Positions 43,878 through 48,397 of a DNA stretch of 48,397 nt are shown piece after piece. Made by a program: the position numbers and the translations under genes. The notes under the pieces are model-generated. The model was given only the letters and a program-made list of their open reading frames with translations, was not told the origin of the DNA and made no database searches. Numbering within the stretch: position 1 is the first letter of the stretch; each line of letters opens with the position of its first letter. Origin of the DNA: a virus (Duplodnaviria; Caudoviricetes); the IMG/VR virus record IMGVR_UViG_3300025653_000057, positions 1 to 48,397 of that record. One strand, written 5' to 3'.

Positions 43878-44426
43878 TTAATTGCCGCCGGCGTTGCCAG
43901 TTGAGCCGCCCGATACTTCCCAATAGTCATACTGGAAAGTGACAGTGTATTCTTGGATGCCTTCAGTCTCCCAAGCAAGGTCGATAGTGCTTACTTCAGT
44001 TGGGAAAATACCAACAAAAGTATACTCTCTAAGAACATCACCAGTCTGTGAATACTGAATGACTTGAGCGTTTGCTTTATACAAAGCAGGCGCAGAACCA
44101 CCAGTTGTTCTTAGGTTTCCTTGGAATGAGTTGATGCTGTTAGACCACTGTTCCATTGCGTTACGAATAGCAAAATCTTCATCGTTGATGATGGTAGGTG
44201 CCCACTCTGCAAATGTTCTGTTACCAGCAACCTTTACGGTGCGGCCGAAGTAAGGAACTTCGACTACACCTAAAGTAGCGGCTGGAATTTGAGCGGCTTT
44301 GCAGAGAAAAGGTACTTGAACATCAGCGACCCCGTTTACTGGATTCGTGATTTGCACTTGAAACAGTGAATTTCTAGCACCACCGCTTGTAAGGGCGCCT
44401 GAAAATTCGTTTACATTAAAAGCCAT
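43878..44426 (-). CDS. gp19: Tail tube protein
   Basis: GGARNSLF, FLCKAAQIP, AGNRTFAEW, FQYDYW. Confidence 0.95.
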   Translation of the reverse strand: MAFNVNEFSGALTSGGARNSLFQVQITNPVNGVADVQVPFLCKAAQIPAATLGVVEVPYFGRTVKVAGNRTFAEWAPTIINDEDFAIRNAMEQWSNSINSFQGNLRTTGGSAPALYKANAQVIQYSQTGDVLREYTFVGIFPTEVSTIDLAWETEGIQEYTVTFQYDYWEVSGGSTGNAGGN

Positions 44427-44448
44427 CTTCTTTTCTCCTGTTTACCTT

Positions 44449-44456
44449 TATTTATG
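44449..44456 (-). promoter_or_regulatory. Late promoter variant CATAAATA (gp19)
   Basis: Overlaps the gp18 stop codon. Confidence 0.65.
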
Positions 44457-46389
44457 TTGCTCTACCAACGACTTCAGAAAATTCTACGCCAGTTCTTACA
44501 GCAACAAAGTTCAACTGGATAAAGTTGATAGAACGAGCAGGTTTGATGTAAATGTCACCCACAAATTCGTTTCTATCAATGACTTCGCCAGTGTTGTTTG
44601 TACCATCGACTACGACTTGGAAGTCTGTGATACCTCTCCGACCTTGGACATCTCTAAGGAATGGCTCAACCAAGTTCTTGAACTGTGAACGAGTAAACTC
44701 ATCATTGAACTCAAAGAGAGTAAACTTAGCGGCTGTGCTAATTGCTTTCTCAAGAACAATGAACAGTCTGCGAACATTGATACGGTCGAATGCGCTTGGC
44801 TGGTCAAGCATTGTCTTGTCACCAAACAATACAGTTCCTTGACCTGGGAATGTTACAACAGGATTGACACCCTTCTTGTAAAGTTCATCCCTATCAGTCT
44901 TACTTGGATTGAATGCAAGTTTGATAACATTTTTGACATTACCACGATTAAATCCAGCAGGCGAATACCAAGGGTCTCTAGTCAAATCTGTTTGAACCAT
45001 TAGACCAGCAGTGTCACCGTTCAGAGGAACATAACGGTAAACATCGTTGTATTTGTCATACTGATACTTCCAACCAGAATCCATGACTGCATAAGAAGAT
45101 GATGGTAGCAAGTCTCTGAATGCTATGATATCATCTCTCTCTTTACCTTCATAAGAATTGTTGTTGACAACATCTGCTCTTTCTGGTGAAATGACTGCTA
45201 CGCAATCCTTTCTGTGTTCAGCGATGTTGTTGATAAGGTGAATAGCAACAGTTGAACTTGAACCAGAGCCAAGAACAAGTGATACATCCACAGTATCAGC
45301 ATCTTTGAAATAGTTATATGCACTAATGTAAGCGGCATCTGAAGCAGAACCGTCCTTACCTTTAGTCATGCTTGCGCTAACTGGTAGGTCATTGCCTGGG
45401 AAGTTTGTTCCAGAGCCAGCAGTTCCAGCATTTGTCAAGTCGGCTCTTGTGCCACCTTTGGTGAGATTGCTGTTGTGTGCGCCCCACCATACCCACTGTG
45501 AGCGATTGTTAATCACATCTTTGTAGTAAAGAGTGTCACCCTGTGGCCCTTTAGCATCTGGTGCTTGAGAAACATTTTCGTATTTCTCTAGAACTGTGCC
45601 GTCCTGACCTGAGATTACACCATCTTCATCGACAACTGCGACATGAATTGCGTCACCCTGTGAGTTGACTGTGTTAGCATAAGTAGTGGTTGTTGGCGCT
45701 CTATCAAAGTTGTTAAAGTATTCCCATCTACGAGTTAGTGATGGTGAATAGTTTGATACTGTATTACCTTGATACTTACTGGTAAGTGTAATTGTGTTAC
45801 CAGAAACGGAAGCAATCTTTCTTTGCTCCTTATCAGGGCCGAGCAATAGAATATCGCCAGCAACAAATTGTGTTTCTGTGTTTGAAGAACCTTGACCATC
45901 ACCAGCAAGTGTGACAGTTGTTGATTCTCTGGTAGCATAGTAGTTTGTTGATACTGTGCTTTCCCATGCGTTTGCGTTATGACATACAGAAACCTTTAGT
46001 GAGTTACCAATGTCGCCTGGATATTTTGCTACCCAATCGCCGTGACCACTTGAGTTTGTGTATGTTTCATTGTAGTAATCTTCATTTTTAATGAATGCGC
46101 CTGTTCCGCCTGTTGTTGCATTGTTTGCAGAAGCAACAGCCCTCGTTACATATAGAGCGTTTCCATATGCAAGGAAGTTAGCCGCAGTAAAGAAGTCATC
46201 AGCCGTATTTGCATTAGGTTTATTGAAAACCGAAACTAATTGGTCTTCAGTACTGATGAGAACTCTCTGGTCAACCGGCCCCCACTTAAAGTGTCCAGCA
46301 AGGGCACCAGTAGTGGTAGATACGGCAGGCACCACCGTAGTGAGGTCAATCTCACTTACATTTACGCCAGGTGATACTTGAAAAGCCAT
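44452..46389 (-). CDS. gp18: Tail sheath protein
   Basis: SPGVNVSEIDLT, WYSPAGFNRG, FDRINVRRLF, IKPARSINFI. Confidence 0.97.
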   Translation of the reverse strand: MAFQVSPGVNVSEIDLTTVVPAVSTTTGALAGHFKWGPVDQRVLISTEDQLVSVFNKPNANTADDFFTAANFLAYGNALYVTRAVASANNATTGGTGAFIKNEDYYNETYTNSSGHGDWVAKYPGDIGNSLKVSVCHNANAWESTVSTNYYATRESTTVTLAGDGQGSSNTETQFVAGDILLLGPDKEQRKIASVSGNTITLTSKYQGNTVSNYSPSLTRRWEYFNNFDRAPTTTTYANTVNSQGDAIHVAVVDEDGVISGQDGTVLEKYENVSQAPDAKGPQGDTLYYKDVINNRSQWVWWGAHNSNLTKGGTRADLTNAGTAGSGTNFPGNDLPVSASMTKGKDGSASDAAYISAYNYFKDADTVDVSLVLGSGSSSTVAIHLINNIAEHRKDCVAVISPERADVVNNNSYEGKERDDIIAFRDLLPSSSYAVMDSGWKYQYDKYNDVYRYVPLNGDTAGLMVQTDLTRDPWYSPAGFNRGNVKNVIKLAFNPSKTDRDELYKKGVNPVVTFPGQGTVLFGDKTMLDQPSAFDRINVRRLFIVLEKAISTAAKFTLFEFNDEFTRSQFKNLVEPFLRDVQGRRGITDFQVVVDGTNNTGEVIDRNEFVGDIYIKPARSINFIQLNFVAVRTGVEFSEVVGRAT

Positions 46390-46441
46390 TTTCATTTCTC
46401 CTTCTAAGAATATATCAAGTTATAATCTCTGATTTACTCAA

Positions 46442-46449
46442 TATTTATA
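46442..46449 (-). promoter_or_regulatory. Late promoter TATAAATA (gp18)
   Basis: Exact consensus. Confidence 0.85.
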
Positions 46450-46460
46450 AAAACGAGTGT

Positions 46461-48092
46461 TTAGAACCAAGTATCACGGTTTGAGGAGTTGATATACTCC
46501 TGTATGTCTTCTGGTCCATTCAACACTCCTTCTTCTGGATGCCCATCATCAATTATTCCGAATGGAAGTTGCTCATCTTCAAGCATTTTTATCTTTTCTT
46601 CATACAATTTTTGCCTGATATCAACATCTGTAATGTCTCTGAAGTATGTTTGTCTCACCAACCATGCAAAGAGAACGCAAGTCATCACCAAATCATCGTG
46701 ATTTCCTTCTTCTGCTTCATATGATTGTCTTCTACCTATGAAACTCGATAATTCAGATATCAAGTCAAAATCTTCAATTATCAACTTATCTTGTTCAATT
46801 AAATCCTTTAGATTTGAGCAACCTATTCGTTTTACTTGTTTAGTTGTACGAACACCAAATTGTGTTCCAGTTGAGAATCCACCACTCACTTGTTGTCCAG
46901 CACGACCTTTTATTGAAGTTGCAATTAGATTCTCGTATTCTAAGTCTGAATGTAAAATATCTGCTACTTGTGCGCCAATATCATTTACCTCAACCAATAC
47001 ATACGCTTCATTGTACATCTTAGCAATTGAGTGTATGTAGTTTGGATAAAGTAGTGGCGATACTTCCTTATCTCTATATTTTGCTACTAATTTGTATGGT
47101 GTCTCTGTTACATCGAATACTGTAAATGCAGAATAGTCAAGTCCAACCCCTCTTGCTACATCCACTGATATAACATATGTATGATTTTCTTCTTTTTCAT
47201 AATAAAAATCTACGCCGTTCCATTGTCTTATAGGTCGTTTGAAAGCAAGAGTTCTTAACTTTGTTGGATGGATTAGAGTATTTGCTGAACCTAAGAACTC
47301 ACACTCAAATTCCTGTCTGAACTGCTCTTCACTTGTATTAGCAATAGTCTCTTGTTTCCACTTCTCATCTCGGCCTGGAACTTGTGACCAATGCACTTCG
47401 ATGGGAACATATTGACTTAACTTCTCTGTCGCATCAGTCCACATCTTATAGAAATGATTCATACCATTTGGTGTTGATACGATGATAACCTTTGATGTCT
47501 GACCAGATGAGATTGTAGGATAGACTGAACTGAAGAACTCTTCAGCCATGTTATTACCAACAAACGCAAACTCATCCAAGAAGATTAGATTGTAAGAACC
47601 ACCACGAATAGCAGATGATGAAGTAGCGGCGGCGACAACCTTAGAACCATTCTCTAGTTCAATGTTACCCTTGTTCCACACAACCACGCCTTGCTGTAAC
47701 CACTTAGGTAAGTATTCATATGCTAGTGAAATCTTACCCAACAAGTCTCTAGCAAGAGAACCTTTGTTTGCAAGGATAGCAATATTCTGCTGGTCAGTGA
47801 AAAGAATTAACCACAAAATATATGCGGTTGTTGTCGTTGATTTACCTGTCTGTCTAGGCAGTTTGCAAATGGAAAAACGATTGTCATTGAATGTACGAAC
47901 CATGTCTTCTTGAAAGTCGTACATTTCAAAAGGCATAAGTCCTTTATCCACATTAACAATCTTAACATAGTTTCTTGCAAAATAAACAGGGTCTTTAGAG
48001 CATTTGATATACTCTTCAATCTGTTCTCTAGTGAACTCAAGTGGTATTCCAGACTTTTTTAAGTTTGGATTACCAAGATAAACATCAGTCAT
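46461..48092 (-). CDS. gp17: Terminase large subunit
   Basis: YLGNPNLK, PRQTGKS, FLDEFAF, STPNG, DVARG, HDDLVM. Confidence 0.98.
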   Translation of the reverse strand: MTDVYLGNPNLKKSGIPLEFTREQIEEYIKCSKDPVYFARNYVKIVNVDKGLMPFEMYDFQEDMVRTFNDNRFSICKLPRQTGKSTTTTAYILWLILFTDQQNIAILANKGSLARDLLGKISLAYEYLPKWLQQGVVVWNKGNIELENGSKVVAAATSSSAIRGGSYNLIFLDEFAFVGNNMAEEFFSSVYPTISSGQTSKVIIVSTPNGMNHFYKMWTDATEKLSQYVPIEVHWSQVPGRDEKWKQETIANTSEEQFRQEFECEFLGSANTLIHPTKLRTLAFKRPIRQWNGVDFYYEKEENHTYVISVDVARGVGLDYSAFTVFDVTETPYKLVAKYRDKEVSPLLYPNYIHSIAKMYNEAYVLVEVNDIGAQVADILHSDLEYENLIATSIKGRAGQQVSGGFSTGTQFGVRTTKQVKRIGCSNLKDLIEQDKLIIEDFDLISELSSFIGRRQSYEAEEGNHDDLVMTCVLFAWLVRQTYFRDITDVDIRQKLYEEKIKMLEDEQLPFGIIDDGHPEEGVLNGPEDIQEYINSSNRDTWF

Positions 48093-48397
48093 TTAGATTC
48101 ACAAACTCACGATTTTTTAAGTGTGCTTCTTTGATATCATCCTTTGACTGACCGTAGTATGGAACAGCATGATATTTTTCAATCATGTATTCATTCACTG
48201 TCTGGTCAGCATAGTTTGTAGTTCTTCTAAGTGAACCTAGAATACGACCAAACTTACCTTTTGCGTCATACTCAGCAGTTTCTAGAATCATCCACTCATC
48301 ATCACACATTTTCTTCAAAAACTTTTTAGCGGCAAGTCCATAGACTTTTTCTTCTTTGTCGGAGGTTCTGGATTCTGGTGTATCAATACCATACAGA
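48085..48397 (-). CDS. Staphylococcal nuclease-like protein; 5' end outside the window
   Basis: Extending the frame gives LYGIDTPESRT...KGKFGRILG...NEYMI...AVPYYG. Confidence 0.85.
   Translation of the reverse strand, partial: LYGIDTPESRTSDKEEKVYGLAAKKFLKKMCDDEWMILETAEYDAKGKFGRILGSLRRTTNYADQTVNEYMIEKYHAVPYYGQSKDDIKEAHLKNREFVNLND

Noticed and set aside
128-47913. All plus-strand ORFs in the track
   Set aside because: They are antisense shadows of well-supported minus-strand genes and show no recognisable motifs.
9647-48092. Introns, inteins or homing endonucleases in core genes
   Set aside because: gp41, gp43, gp46, gp20 and gp17 are uninterrupted and of normal length; no HNH, GIY-YIG or LAGLIDADG motif was noticed.
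1-48397. Stop-codon reassignment
   Set aside because: Core genes are full length in the standard code; TAA, TGA and TAG are all used as stops; no suppressor tRNA.

Overview
A 48.4 kb segment of a T4-like myophage genome, probably marine. Essentially every real gene is on the minus strand. In transcription order (right to left) it holds: an SNase-like nuclease, gp17, gp18, gp19, gp20, prohead core genes, gp21, gp22, gp23 and gp3; uvsY, uvsW, gp55, gp47 and gp46; an accessory operon (adenine MTase, peptide deformylase, cupin, APS-kinase/nucleotidyltransferase fusion, C5-cytosine MTase, CmoA-like protein); a CobT/CobS-like VWA/AAA pair and a glycosyltransferase; gp45, gp44, gp62 and regA; hsp20, GH108 lysin and pstS; gp43, uvsX and gp41; a hypervariable region of small early genes behind repeated sigma70 promoters; four tRNAs; and two late genes with capsid-targeting-like N-termini. 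The PstS type, a ROSE thermometer on hsp20 and the lack of photosynthesis genes in the window suggest a proteobacterial, probably alphaproteobacterial, host (inference). Top leads: (1) a CmoA-like Cx-SAM synthase coupled to a cytosine MTase whose motif X Asn is replaced by Arg, predicting 5-carboxymethylcytosine DNA modification; (2) a structured ncRNA with a CU-rich loop complementary to the GAGAGAGG-type RBS used by the phage's early genes; (3) a second, double-pseudoknot ncRNA; (4) apparent avoidance of GATC and AGCT alongside two restriction-nuclease-like genes. Calls come from motif recognition by eye; no database search was run.
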